From: Longimicrobiales bacterium
GTDB taxonomy: Bacteria; Gemmatimonadota; Gemmatimonadetes; Longimicrobiales; Gaopeijiaceae
DNA length: 64,000 nt
Direction: 5' to 3'
Assembly: GCA_965204735.1 (NCBI GenBank)
Contig: OZ242008.1
Span: forward strand, 3,104,001-3,168,000
Under the pieces are notes generated by a model. The model was not told where the DNA came from, ran no database searches, and was given only the letters and a program-made list of their open reading frames with translations. This document shows, one piece after another, positions 1 through 9,120 of the stretch. The position numbers were made by a program, and so were the translations under genes. Numbering within the stretch: the stretch's first letter is position 1; every line of letters starts with the position of its first letter.

Positions 1-185
1 TGGCGTCCACCCGGCCAGAGCTTGGCCACGGCGACGACCTCGACTCGCCCGGCCGCCACTGGCCTTGAAGCGCCTGGAACAGGGCGCCCGGCGCCGTCCA
101 GCCCAGGCTTGCTGGATCCGCGTGTCCTGCGCCCGACACCTGGCCCCCGGCCTCAGGAAGAACCCACCGTCCACACCATCAGGGG

Positions 186-235
186 GGACATTTCTACTTT
201 GGCCAACTACCGGACATTTCTACTTTGGCTTGACA
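186..235. mobile_element. Terminus of an ISNCY/IS1202-like insertion sequence (element extends left, out of the window)
   Basis: Two exact 18-bp direct repeats GGACATTTCTACTTTGGC (186-203, 212-229) followed by TTGACA, i.e. 5'-TGTCAAGCCAAAGTAGAAATGTCC on the minus strand. A TGT end with subterminal repeats is typical of IS1202/IS481-type ends. AT-rich relative to the flanks. Confidence 0.7.
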
Positions 236-744
236 GGTCCGGCGGCGCTGGCGGCAGTAGGTCCCGCGGCTGCGGGCGAAACCGGCGCGGCACCTTGGGA
301 GCGTCGCGTGGTGACGACGATGGCGCCGCCCGTGAAGCCGGTTCCGAAGCGGATCGTGGCGTCCGCCGCCGTCATGAACAGGATGCGCTCGACGGTCCCG
401 ATGGGGATTTGGGCCAAGTCGGAGCGGCTGCCCCTGGGCTGGCCGTCCACCACGACGCCCACCACCGGGTTCGGCGTGCCGGGCGTCCGCATGGGACGGA
501 AGCGCAGCCAGTGGGGCCGCAGGATCGACACGGCCTCCATGACGTCGTCGGCGTTGAGCTCGTCCAGCTCCGCTCGCGTGATCAGGTTCCGGGTGCTGGA
601 CGGGCCGGACTCCCGGGCGCCGACGGCGCAGGCGGCACCGAGCAGCGAGACCACGGCCAGGACCAGGGCGGCGGCGCCGGGCGCGCGGCCCGGGGGCGCG
701 GCCCAGAGGCGGCGGCGCGCCGCGGGAACCGAGAAAGCGATCAT
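220..744 (-). CDS. Small lipoprotein with TonB-dependent-receptor plug-like domain
   Basis: Lipobox-like LGAAC; NLITRAEL...AVSILRPHWL...VDG...IPIGTVERI...ADATIRFGTG...GAIVVTT resembles a plug domain. Its stop codon lies inside the IS end. Start codon uncertain. Confidence 0.65.
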   Translation of the reverse strand: MIAFSVPAARRRLWAAPPGRAPGAAALVLAVVSLLGAACAVGARESGPSSTRNLITRAELDELNADDVMEAVSILRPHWLRFRPMRTPGTPNPVVGVVVDGQPRGSRSDLAQIPIGTVERILFMTAADATIRFGTGFTGGAIVVTTRRSQGAAPVSPAAAGPTAASAAGPVKPK

Positions 745-778
745 GGGCCTCGAAGGTGCCGAAGCGGGCCAAGCCGCG

Positions 779-1534
779 TCAAGGGAGGATGCGGACCGGG
801 GGCGGCGGCGAACCGGGTCGCCCGACGTCGCGCCGCGCCGCCAGCCAGCCGTCGGCGTCGAGGATCGTCGAGAGTCCTTCGCCCTCCAGTGCGGCGCGGG
901 CGTCCGCCGGGGCGTCGACCGCCACCACCCGCCTGCCCGGCACCGCCACCCGGACGGCCTCGCGCCACAGCCGCCTCCAATCCCCGCCGGCCAACACGAC
1001 TCCCTGGGCGAATCTGTCTCGGAAAGGCAGCGCGGCGCCGACCGCCATCGGGCTGATCCCAGGGGCGCCGCGGGCATCGCCGCCGGCCTCGGCGGCTCCT
1101 TCCACGCCTCCACGCGCCAGCACGACCACCTCTGCCCCGGCAACCCACCGCCTCAGCTGGGACACCCTCGCTCGAACGCCTTCCGACAGCACGAGCACGC
1201 CCGATCCTGCTGCGGCTCCCCCAAGGGCCGCGGCGATGCGAAGCTCGTAGTCGCCGGCTCGACCTCCGCCCGGCGCCCGGCCCGGGGCGGCGCCAGGAGC
1301 GGAGCGGGCGGAAGCATCGTCGCTCGGCGAGGCCGGATCGGCCCGCAGCGGACTCCTCGGCGGGGGCCGCAAGTCGGCGAACCCCCGCTCCACGGGAAAG
1401 GCGTCGCGACAGTTGGGGCACCCGAGCTCGCCTCGGCGCACCCGCCGCTCGCGCACCTCCCTGGCCAGCAGCACGAGCCCGAAGGCCGGGCCGCAGCGGG
1501 GACACGCCAAGTGGTCGACCAGCGCCACGTTCAC
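779..1534 (-). CDS. Trm112-like zinc-finger protein fused to a degenerate methyltransferase-like domain
   Basis: N-terminal LACPRC...LGCPNC...FPV..GFADL; C-terminal ALPFRD...EAVRVAVPG resembles SAM-methyltransferase post-motifs. Confidence 0.6.
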   Translation of the reverse strand: MNVALVDHLACPRCGPAFGLVLLAREVRERRVRRGELGCPNCRDAFPVERGFADLRPPPRSPLRADPASPSDDASARSAPGAAPGRAPGGGRAGDYELRIAAALGGAAAGSGVLVLSEGVRARVSQLRRWVAGAEVVVLARGGVEGAAEAGGDARGAPGISPMAVGAALPFRDRFAQGVVLAGGDWRRLWREAVRVAVPGRRVVAVDAPADARAALEGEGLSTILDADGWLAARRDVGRPGSPPPPVRILP

Positions 1535-1549
1535 GCGGCCCGTCCCGCC

Positions 1550-1966
1550 TTACTTCCCCGAGTACTCGACCCAGTGGCGCGGGGTCTCCCGCAGGAGCAG
1601 CCGATCCAGGACGGCCGGCGGCGGCACCAACGGAGCGAGCCGCTCCCAGATCGCCACGACCAAGTTCTCCGTCGAGGGGACGGTCCCCTGGAGCCAGGGC
1701 ACGTCCAGGTTCAGGTTCCGGTGGTCCAGGTCGGCGACGACGTGGCGGGTCGCCAGCTCCTTCAGCTCCTTCAGGTCCATCAGGTAGCCCGTCTCCGGCG
1801 AGACGGGGCCGGTCACGGCGACCTCCAGCTCGTAGTTGTGGCCGTGCCAGTTGGGGTTGGCGCACTCGCCGAAGACGCGGCGGTTCTCCGCCTCGCTCCA
1901 CTCGGGCCGGGCCAAGCGATGGGCCGCGCTGAAGTGAAGCCGGCGAACGATGGTGACCCGTGGCAT
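1550..1966 (-). CDS. queD: 6-carboxytetrahydropterin synthase / 6-pyruvoyl-tetrahydropterin synthase
   Basis: FSAAHRL, C.NPNWHGHNY, LDHRNLN, STENL and ETP motifs; RBS GAGGAG upstream. Confidence 0.9.
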   Translation of the reverse strand: MPRVTIVRRLHFSAAHRLARPEWSEAENRRVFGECANPNWHGHNYELEVAVTGPVSPETGYLMDLKELKELATRHVVADLDHRNLNLDVPWLQGTVPSTENLVVAIWERLAPLVPPPAVLDRLLLRETPRHWVEYSGK

Positions 1967-2064
1967 CCTCGGCTCCTCGGGGGTGCGCGCTTCCTGGGCG
2001 GAGATCCTCGTTGCCTACCTAAAGACGCGGAGGCCGACGCCCAGTCGTGGACGCCGGCCTCCGC

Positions 2065-2215
2065 AAGTACCGGAGGCGCAGTGTTGAAGCCCGGGCTCAA
2101 CGGTTGGTGACTTTCCCGAGGCTTTCGCCTTCCCTCGCAGGGGCGTGACGTCCACTCCGGGAGGCAGTCCCGGCTCTTCCAGTGTTGGCTCAGAATGCGA
2201 GACCCTCCGGCACTT
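2065..2215 (-). ncRNA. ssrS: Probable 6S RNA
   Basis: 5' AAGTGCCGGAGG pairs with 3' CCTCCGGTACTT as a closing stem. Central-bubble motifs CTGAGCCAACAC and GTTGAGCCCGGGCTTCAAC resemble the conserved 6S regions. Apical rod GACT/AGTC and TCCCGGAG/CTCGGGA. A promoter sits just upstream. Confidence 0.7.
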
Positions 2216-2220
2216 CGGGA

Positions 2221-2249
2221 ATAATGAACGGTCGGGGGGCGATCCGCAA
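2221..2249 (-). promoter_or_regulatory. Sigma70-type promoter for the 6S RNA
   Basis: TTGCGG (2249-2244), 17-nt spacer, CATTAT (2226-2221); predicted start near 2215 coincides with the 5' end of the closing stem. Confidence 0.55.
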
Positions 2250-2339
2250 GGACGAACTTCCTCGGGGCCGCCGGACGGCCGGCCGAAGGCGCGTTCGGAC
2301 GACGGCGTCCGGCGACGGCGTCCGGGCTCGGGCCGCCCC

Positions 2340-3821
2340 TCAGTCCTTCCGTCCCGGCACGCCCGGCTCGGTCATCTCCCGCACGTCCAGCGCCTGGTCG
2401 ATCTCTTCGGGGTCCACGATCCCCATCTCCTCCACCACGTCGCGCACCGAACGGTTCTCCCGGGCCGCCTTCTTCGCCACCTCGGCCGCCTTGTCGTAGC
2501 CCACGTAGGCGTTGAGGGCCGTCGCAACGGCGGGGTTCCGCTCCAGCAGCTCCCGGGCCCGGTCGGGGCGGGCCTCGATTCCCTCGACGCAGCGGAGCGC
2601 GAACACCGACGTCGCCCCCGCCAGGACGTGGATCGACTCCAGCAGCGCGTCGGCGATGACGGGCATCATCACGTTGAGCTCGAAGTTCCCCCGCTGGCCG
2701 GCGACCGTGACCGTCGCCGCATTCCCCGTCGCCCGGGCGCACGCCATCATCAGCGCCTCGGCCATGACCGGGTTCACCTTCCCCGGCATGATGGAGCTGC
2801 CGGGCTGCACCGCGGGCAGCCTGATCTCCGCGATTCCGGAGGTGGGACCGCTGGCCAGCCAGCGGATGTCGTCGGCGATCTTCATCAGGCTCGCGGCGAC
2901 GGTGTTGAGGGCGCCGGCCAGGGAGACGCAGGCGTCCTTGGCGCCCTGGGCCTCGAAGTGGTTCTCGGCCTCGCGGAACTCGATCCCGTAGCGCGCGGAC
3001 ACGCGGGCGATGGTGCGCCGGGCGAAATCGGGATGGGTGTTGATCCCGCTGCCGGTCGCGGTGCCCCCCAGGGCCAGCTCCGCCATTTCTTCGCCCGCCC
3101 GCTCCAGGCGCTCGATCCCCTTCTCCGCCTGCCGGGCGTAGCCGCCGAACTCCTGCCCCAGGCGAACCGGGGTCGCGTCCATGAGGTGGGTCCGCCCCGA
3201 CTTGACGATTCCGTCGAACGCTCGGGCCTTCTCGGCCAAGGCGTCGCGGAGCCGGGCCAGCGCGGGAAGCAGATCATCGGCGAGGGCCGAGCGGCACGAC
3301 AGGTGAATGGCGGTGGGAATCACGTCGTTGGAGGACTGGCCGCAGTTGACGTGGTCGTTGGGATGGACCCGGCGTCCCTCGGTTCGGCGGCTTGCCAGGG
3401 CGGCGATCACCTCGTTGGCGTTCATGTTCGTGGAGGTGCCGGAACCGGTCTGGTAGACGTCCAGCGGGAAGTGGGCGTCCCACTTGCCGTCCGCCACCTC
3501 GGCCGCCGCCTCCGCTATTGCCTCGCCCAGCGCCGCCGGCAGAAACCCGAGTTCGACGTTGGTCTCGGCCGCCGCCTCCTTGAGGCGCCCCAGCGCCTTG
3601 ACGAACGGTCGGCCGAAGCGTCGGTCGCTGATGGGGAAGTTCTCGACGGCCCTCTGCGTCTGGGCGCCGTAGAGCGCGCCGGCGGGAACGCGCACCTCGC
3701 CCAGCGAGTCCTTCTCGATGCGGTGGGAATCAGCTTCGATGCGATGGGAACCGGCTTCGACGCGGTGGGAACCGGTTTCGATGCGATGGGAACCGGTTTC
3801 GATGCGATGGGAATCAGCCAT
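2340..3821 (-). CDS. fumC: Class II fumarate hydratase
   Basis: YGAQTQRA, QTGSGTSTNMNANEVI, GRTHLMDATP and the GSSIMPGKVNP signature. Confidence 0.93.
   Translation of the reverse strand: MADSHRIETGSHRIETGSHRVEAGSHRIEADSHRIEKDSLGEVRVPAGALYGAQTQRAVENFPISDRRFGRPFVKALGRLKEAAAETNVELGFLPAALGEAIAEAAAEVADGKWDAHFPLDVYQTGSGTSTNMNANEVIAALASRRTEGRRVHPNDHVNCGQSSNDVIPTAIHLSCRSALADDLLPALARLRDALAEKARAFDGIVKSGRTHLMDATPVRLGQEFGGYARQAEKGIERLERAGEEMAELALGGTATGSGINTHPDFARRTIARVSARYGIEFREAENHFEAQGAKDACVSLAGALNTVAASLMKIADDIRWLASGPTSGIAEIRLPAVQPGSSIMPGKVNPVMAEALMMACARATGNAATVTVAGQRGNFELNVMMPVIADALLESIHVLAGATSVFALRCVEGIEARPDRARELLERNPAVATALNAYVGYDKAAEVAKKAARENRSVRDVVEEMGIVDPEEIDQALDVREMTEPGVPGRKD
3714..3818 (-). 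repeat. 21-bp tandem repeat (about 5 copies) at the fumC N-terminus
   Basis: Encodes ADSHRIE-TGSHRIE-TGSHRVE-AGSHRIE-ADSHRIE. Confidence 0.9.
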
Positions 3822-4764
3822 GGGCCAGGAACCGTTCGGCTTCGAGGGCCGCCATGCATCCGGTCCCGGCGGCGGACACGGCCTGGCGGTAGAAGTCGTC
3901 CATGACGTCGCCCGCGGCGAACACCCCGGGGACGTTGGTCTCGGTGCGCCACGGCTTGGGCAGCCGGACGTAGCCGTTTTCCTTCAGGTCGATCTGTCCC
4001 TGGAGGAACTCGGTGTTGGGAGTGTGGCCGATCGCCACGAAGAGTCCGCCCACCTTCACCCTCGACTCCTCGCCCGTCGCGGTGTCGAGAAGGCGAAGGC
4101 CGGAGATCAGGTCGTCCCCCAGCACCTCGGCGACGGCCTTGTTCCAAAGGAAGCGGATCGACGGATGCGCCCTGGCCCGGTCCGCCATGATCCGGGAGGC
4201 CCGCAGCTCGTCCCTTCTGTGCACGACCAGGACGCGGGAAGCGAACTTGGTCATGTAGAGGGCGTCCTCCATGGCGCTGTCGCCGCCGCCCACCACGGCG
4301 ATCTCCTTGCCTCTGAAGTAGGGCAGCGCGCCGTCGCACACCGCGCACGCCGACACGCCTCCGCCGCTTCGGGCCAGCTTTTCCTCGCCCGGCACGCCCA
4401 GCCAGCGCGCGTTGGCGCCGGTGGCCACGACGACCGCCTGCGCCCGCGTCTCGCCGCCCTCCGAGGAGCGGAGGAGGAACGGGCGCCGCGAGAAGTCCAC
4501 CTCCACCACATCCTCGCTTGCGACCCGGGCGCCGAAGCGCTCCGCCTGCTTCTTGAAGTCCGTCATCATCTCGATCCCGCCGACGCCGTCCGGGAACCCC
4601 GGGTAGTTCTCCACGTCGGTGGTGAACATGAGCTGGCCGCCGGGAACCATGGTGCGGCTTACGGCGCCTTCGTAGACGATCGGGTTCAGGCTCGCGCGGG
4701 CGGCGTAGATCGCTGCGGTCCAGCCTGCGGGGCCCGAGCCGACCACGACCAGGGTCTCGCTCAT
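3814..4764 (-). CDS. trxB: Thioredoxin reductase
   Basis: GSGPAGWTAAIYAARA, VENYPGFP, CAVCDG redox motif, GGGDSAMEDA, VFAAGDV. Confidence 0.93.
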   Translation of the reverse strand: MSETLVVVGSGPAGWTAAIYAARASLNPIVYEGAVSRTMVPGGQLMFTTDVENYPGFPDGVGGIEMMTDFKKQAERFGARVASEDVVEVDFSRRPFLLRSSEGGETRAQAVVVATGANARWLGVPGEEKLARSGGGVSACAVCDGALPYFRGKEIAVVGGGDSAMEDALYMTKFASRVLVVHRRDELRASRIMADRARAHPSIRFLWNKAVAEVLGDDLISGLRLLDTATGEESRVKVGGLFVAIGHTPNTEFLQGQIDLKENGYVRLPKPWRTETNVPGVFAAGDVMDDFYRQAVSAAGTGCMAALEAERFLAHG

Positions 4765-6029
4765 GGAGATTCCTCCTGGAAGAGGGCCGAAGCCCGGTAG
4801 CGGGCCAGCCCCCGAGCCAGAAGAAGCTTGACGCCGACCGCCAGGGGGACGCCGATCAAGAGGCCCGCGAACCCGAAGACGAAGCCTCCGAGAGAGAGGG
4901 CCAGAAGTATCCACACCGGGTGAAGGCCCACCGAATCGCCTACGATCCTGGGGCTGACGACGGCGCCCTCCAGCCCCTGGGCAACGGCGTAGACGACGGC
5001 GACCTTGATCAGCGCGACCCCGGGCTCGGGCATGACGAGGGCGATCAGCACCGCCGGGATCAGCGAGAGGATCACGCCCAGGTAGGGGACGACGCCCAGC
5101 ACGGCCACCACCGAGCCCAGGAGCAAGGAGTAGGGGATGCCGGCGACAAAAAGGCCCAGGCAAGTGATCCCGCCGACGATCAGGGCGACCAGCACTTGGC
5201 CTCGGAGGTAGCGGGAGAGGAGTGCGTCGTACTCGACGAGGAACTCCACGGCTCGGTCGCGAACCCCGGCCGGGAGCAGGGCGCCGGCCCGAGCCACGAT
5301 CTCGTCGTAGTCGCGGAGCAGGTAGAAGCCGAGCACCGGAGTCAGGACCAGGTAGCCGGCCACGGTGACCATGCTCGCGATCCCCCGGCCGAGCCCGAGC
5401 ACGGCGGCCTGGACGCCCTGGGCGATCCCGGCGAGGCGGCTCTGCAGGAAGTCGGCAACAGCTTGGCCGTCCACGGCCTTCAGGTCCAGCAACGGGAGGT
5501 CGACCCGCCCCAGGACCGTCTCCTCCAAGGCGGCCAGGACGCGGGGGGCTTCGGCCGCCATCGCCAGCGCTTGCCTGATCAAGGCCGGGACGCCCACCGC
5601 CAGCACGGCCGTCCCCGCGGCCGCGACGGGAACCGCCAGGAGCAGAATTGCGACGCTGCGGCTGATCCGGCGGAACGCCGACACTCGGTCCACCACGGGG
5701 TCCAGGGCGTAGGCCAGAACGAACGCCAGGAAGAACGGGGCCAGGAGGGAGCCGGCCGTGGAGAGCGCCCAGAGGAGCGTCAGGGCGGTGGCCAGGCCGA
5801 CGATCCAAGCGTGCCCCCGGACGCCGCGGAAGGGGATCAGAAGCCCCACCAGGACCCAGTAGAGCACGAAGGGGTTGAGGACGCTGCGCAAGCTGTAGAG
5901 GAAGAAGGCGGCGACGAGGATCAGGACCGCCGCCTGCACCGCGCGCCACGGACCGGGGCCGGGTCGGCTGCCCAGGGCTCCGCCGCCGGAAGCGCCGGGC
6001 GCGTCGCTCGCGCCGTCGCGAGTCACCAT
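4761..6029 (-). CDS. AI-2E family transporter
   Basis: Multi-TM protein; AYALDPVV, YLRGQ, VPYLG, PRIVGDSVGLHP, GLLIGVPLA motifs. Confidence 0.85.
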   Translation of the reverse strand: MVTRDGASDAPGASGGGALGSRPGPGPWRAVQAAVLILVAAFFLYSLRSVLNPFVLYWVLVGLLIPFRGVRGHAWIVGLATALTLLWALSTAGSLLAPFFLAFVLAYALDPVVDRVSAFRRISRSVAILLLAVPVAAAGTAVLAVGVPALIRQALAMAAEAPRVLAALEETVLGRVDLPLLDLKAVDGQAVADFLQSRLAGIAQGVQAAVLGLGRGIASMVTVAGYLVLTPVLGFYLLRDYDEIVARAGALLPAGVRDRAVEFLVEYDALLSRYLRGQVLVALIVGGITCLGLFVAGIPYSLLLGSVVAVLGVVPYLGVILSLIPAVLIALVMPEPGVALIKVAVVYAVAQGLEGAVVSPRIVGDSVGLHPVWILLALSLGGFVFGFAGLLIGVPLAVGVKLLLARGLARYRASALFQEESP

Positions 6030-6463
6030 CCGGCCTCCTCGATCATGCCGCCGGCGCGGATCACCACGTTCCGCGTGTCTCTGTAGGGGATCTTGCGGGC
6101 GGCCTCCCACAGCGGGAACCACCCGCACTCGGTGATCCCCTCGGCCTTCTGGGGAACCGGGTCGCCCGTTCGGCTCCTCATCAGGAAGAAGGTGCAGTGC
6201 TTCAGGACCTTGCGGTGACCCCGGCGGAAGGTCCAGTGGATGGTGCCGAGTTGCGGCCCCACGGCGTCGGGCTTCAGTCCCGTCTCCTCCTCGACCTCGC
6301 GGGCGGCGGCCTCCTCTTCGCTCTCGCCGGGCTCCAGGTGGCCCTTGGGGAGGCCCCACTTGCCGTAGGGGTCGCGGATCACCAGGACGTTCCACGCTCC
6401 TTCCCGGTAGCGGACGAGCACGCCGCCGGCGCTGTGCTCGACTCGGGGGCGGTCGTAGGCCAT
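6023..6463 (-). CDS. NUDIX hydrolase
   Basis: SAGGV...WGLPKGHLEPGESEEEAAAREVEEETGL Nudix box. Confidence 0.9.
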   Translation of the reverse strand: MAYDRPRVEHSAGGVLVRYREGAWNVLVIRDPYGKWGLPKGHLEPGESEEEAAAREVEEETGLKPDAVGPQLGTIHWTFRRGHRKVLKHCTFFLMRSRTGDPVPQKAEGITECGWFPLWEAARKIPYRDTRNVVIRAGGMIEEAGW

Positions 6464-6480
6464 CGCCCGGACGCGCCCCC

Positions 6481-7467
6481 CTAGAACACCGAGAACCGCA
6501 GGTAGCGGCCCGGGTTCTCTTGGATGTCCTCGAGAAGCGCCCGCATCTCCGCCACCGCGGCGAACGCCTCGTCGGCCAGCGCGGGGTCCGAGAGCAGGCG
6601 CGCCACCGATCCTTCGCCCTCTTCCACGGTCCGCATCAGCCGGTCCAGCCGGGCGAAGGTGGAGTCGGCGCGGCGAGCGGCGCCTCGGAAGTCTTCCACG
6701 GAGGAGCCCAGGTGGACCGTCAGCTCCCGAAGGTTGGCGGCGGCGCCGGCGGCGTTCTCCACCAGCGTCTCCACTTCGGCGTCGGCGAGGATGCCGTCCA
6801 CTCGCTCGAAGGAGAGGCGGGCGGCGCGGGCGGCGGCGCTCAGCTCCCGGGCCGACTCGTCGAAGTCGGCCGCGAGGGTGCTGAAGTGCTCGGCCTGCTG
6901 GGCCACCACGTCCGAAAGGCCCTCGCTCAACTCCTGGATGTTGTCGATCGCCCTGCTGACGTTCCTGGCCGTCTCCTCGGTGAAGGCGATCTGAAAGCGT
7001 TCCGAGATCGTCGCCAAGTTGCCGGCGATCTCGTCGGCCGTGGCGGTCAGTCGCGACATGTCCGGGAGCACTGCGGCAGGCAGCACCTGGTCGCCCGGGT
7101 ACTCGAGGAAGGTCGTTCGCGGAAAGTCGCCTCGGGACACGATCTCGGCCTGCCAGGAGCCGAACATGGACTCGGGAGCAAGGAGGACGGCGGCGTCGGT
7201 CGGCAGCGCCAGCTCGGAGTGCACGGTCATCGCCACGAGCACGGCGTCGCCCGCCGGAGCCACCGAGACGCTCTCGACCGTCCCCACGGTCACGCCTCGG
7301 AACTTCACCGACGCCCCCGGGGCGAGCTGGCCCACGCCGGTGGCCGCAGCTTGGAGGGGCCGGCCTTCGGTTCCCCAGCCCCCCTTCATCCATATCGTCC
7401 CCACCGCGGCCACGGCGACGGCCAGCAGCACCACCGCGCCCACCAGGGCTTCACGTCCTCGGTTCAT
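6481..7467 (-). CDS. mlaD: MlaD/MCE family substrate-binding protein
   Basis: N-terminal TM helix, GASVKFRGVTVGTV MCE motif, helical tail ending DIQENPGRYLRFSVF. Confidence 0.85.
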   Translation of the reverse strand: MNRGREALVGAVVLLAVAVAAVGTIWMKGGWGTEGRPLQAAATGVGQLAPGASVKFRGVTVGTVESVSVAPAGDAVLVAMTVHSELALPTDAAVLLAPESMFGSWQAEIVSRGDFPRTTFLEYPGDQVLPAAVLPDMSRLTATADEIAGNLATISERFQIAFTEETARNVSRAIDNIQELSEGLSDVVAQQAEHFSTLAADFDESARELSAAARAARLSFERVDGILADAEVETLVENAAGAAANLRELTVHLGSSVEDFRGAARRADSTFARLDRLMRTVEEGEGSVARLLSDPALADEAFAAVAEMRALLEDIQENPGRYLRFSVF

Positions 7468-8243
7468 CCGTGTCCTCCAGCGCTAGCGATTGCTGTTTCG
7501 GCGCCTGCGTAGGCCGTGGGCTCGCCGTCGACGAAGCCGCGCAAGATCGGGTCCGACGCGGCGCGCGCCTCGTCCGGAGTTCCCGTGAAGCGGTTCCTTC
7601 CCTCGTGCAGGAGGGTGATCCGGTCGGCGATCCGGAAGGCGCTGGTCATGTCGTGGGTGGCGACGACGGCGGTGGCGCCGAGCTCGTTCTTCATGCGCAG
7701 GATCAGACGGTCGATCACCGTCGTGGTCACCGGGTCCAGTCCCGTGGTGGGCTCGTCGTACAGCAGGTACTTGGGCGACGCGGCGATCGCCCGAGCGAGC
7801 CCGGCCCGCTTCCGCTGGCCGCCGCTGAGCTCGGAAGGAGAGCGGCCCTCCATGCCCGCCAGCTCGACCAGGGCCAGGCACTCGGCCACGCGGTCGCGGA
7901 CGCGTCCCGGAGCCCATCCGGGCAAGCGGCGGAGGCCCATCGCCACGTTGTCGCCGATCGTCATGGAGTCGAAGAGGGCCGCGAACTGGAAGACGTAGCC
8001 GATGCGGCGGCGCAGCTCGGCGGTCTCCCGGCGGTCCAGCGTGGGCACGTGCATCCCGTCCACCACGACCGATCCTTCGTCGGGCGCCAGCAGTCCCACG
8101 ACGTGCTTGAGAAGGACCGACTTGCCGCCCCCGGAGGGCCCCAGGACCGCCACGGTCTCTCCGTCGGCCACGTGGAGGTCCAGTCCCCTCAGCACCTTCT
8201 TGGGCCCGAACGCCTTCCGGACCCCGCGCAACGCGATGCTCAC
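7464..8243 (-). CDS. mlaF: MlaF-type ABC transporter ATP-binding protein
   Basis: GPSGGGKS, FQFAALFDSM, LSGGQRKR, YDEPTTGLDP; GTG start overlaps the mlaE stop. Confidence 0.88.
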   Translation of the reverse strand: MSIALRGVRKAFGPKKVLRGLDLHVADGETVAVLGPSGGGKSVLLKHVVGLLAPDEGSVVVDGMHVPTLDRRETAELRRRIGYVFQFAALFDSMTIGDNVAMGLRRLPGWAPGRVRDRVAECLALVELAGMEGRSPSELSGGQRKRAGLARAIAASPKYLLYDEPTTGLDPVTTTVIDRLILRMKNELGATAVVATHDMTSAFRIADRITLLHEGRNRFTGTPDEARAASDPILRGFVDGEPTAYAGAETAIASAGGHG

Positions 8244-9022
8244 AGCAGGGTCGCCGCCCAGAAGGCGTCCAGCACGAGGATGATCATGCTTGCGGCCACC
8301 ACGGTGCGGGTCGTCGCGGCGCCCACCCCTTCCGCTCCGCCCGCCGCGGACATTCCGAAGAAGCAGCCCGCGCCCGTCACCACCGCGCCGAAGGAGGTCG
8401 ACTTGATCACGGCGAACCACACGTCCCAGGTATCGAAGAAGAGGCGCAGTCCCTTGACGAACTCGGCCGACGACATGTCCAGCAGCTGAAGCGCCGTGAC
8501 CCAGCCCGACGCGATCCCGAGGGCCACGGCCAGCATCACCACGACGGGGAACATGAGGGTGCCCGCCAGAACGCGGGGGACCACCAGGTAGGCCACCGGA
8601 TCGTAGGCCAGCGTCTCCAGGGCGTCCACCTGCTCCGTGACCCGCATCGTGCCCAGCTCCGCCGAGATGGCGGCCCCGACCCGACCGGCCAGCGTGAGTC
8701 CCGTGAGCACCGGCCCCAGCTCCATGATCATCACCTTCCCGACCAGAGCGCCCACGAAGTAGTGGGGGATCGTGCCCGTCAGGGTGTAGGACGCCTGCAG
8801 GGACATGACGATCCCGGTGAAGGTGGCGATGAAGAGCGCGATGGGAACCGACGCCACCCCGACCCGGGCCATTTGGGGGATCAGATGGGGTCCCCAGGTG
8901 CCGGCGGCCCCCATGGCCCGGAGCGCGGCGGTCGAGAGGAGCCAAGCGCGGCCCGCCGCGGCCAGGACGGCCAGAGCCGCCCGGCCGACGGCCGCCAGGG
9001 CGGCGATCGGAGCGTCGGTCAT
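8240..9022 (-). CDS. mlaE: MlaE family ABC permease
   Basis: ELGPVLTG...AGRVGA...AELGTMRVTEQVDALE...YLVVPR...GGAEGVGAATT. Confidence 0.9.
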   Translation of the reverse strand: MTDAPIAALAAVGRAALAVLAAAGRAWLLSTAALRAMGAAGTWGPHLIPQMARVGVASVPIALFIATFTGIVMSLQASYTLTGTIPHYFVGALVGKVMIMELGPVLTGLTLAGRVGAAISAELGTMRVTEQVDALETLAYDPVAYLVVPRVLAGTLMFPVVVMLAVALGIASGWVTALQLLDMSSAEFVKGLRLFFDTWDVWFAVIKSTSFGAVVTGAGCFFGMSAAGGAEGVGAATTRTVVAASMIILVLDAFWAATLL

Positions 9023-9120
9023 GCGGAACGATAACGGAACGAGTGCACTTGACCTGTCCCCAAGCGGCTATGATCGTTTCCGCATCGGGCACCTCCGCCT
9101 CTCCGGCCCGCCCTTGTCGT

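Noticed and set aside
1..185. Transposase C-terminal coding sequence
   Set aside because: No recognisable transposase motif in any frame; only the terminal repeat structure is supported.
1967..2215. preQ1, ZTP or Moco riboswitch upstream of queD
   Set aside because: The consensus elements of these riboswitches are not matched; end-to-end pairing and bubble motifs fit 6S RNA better.
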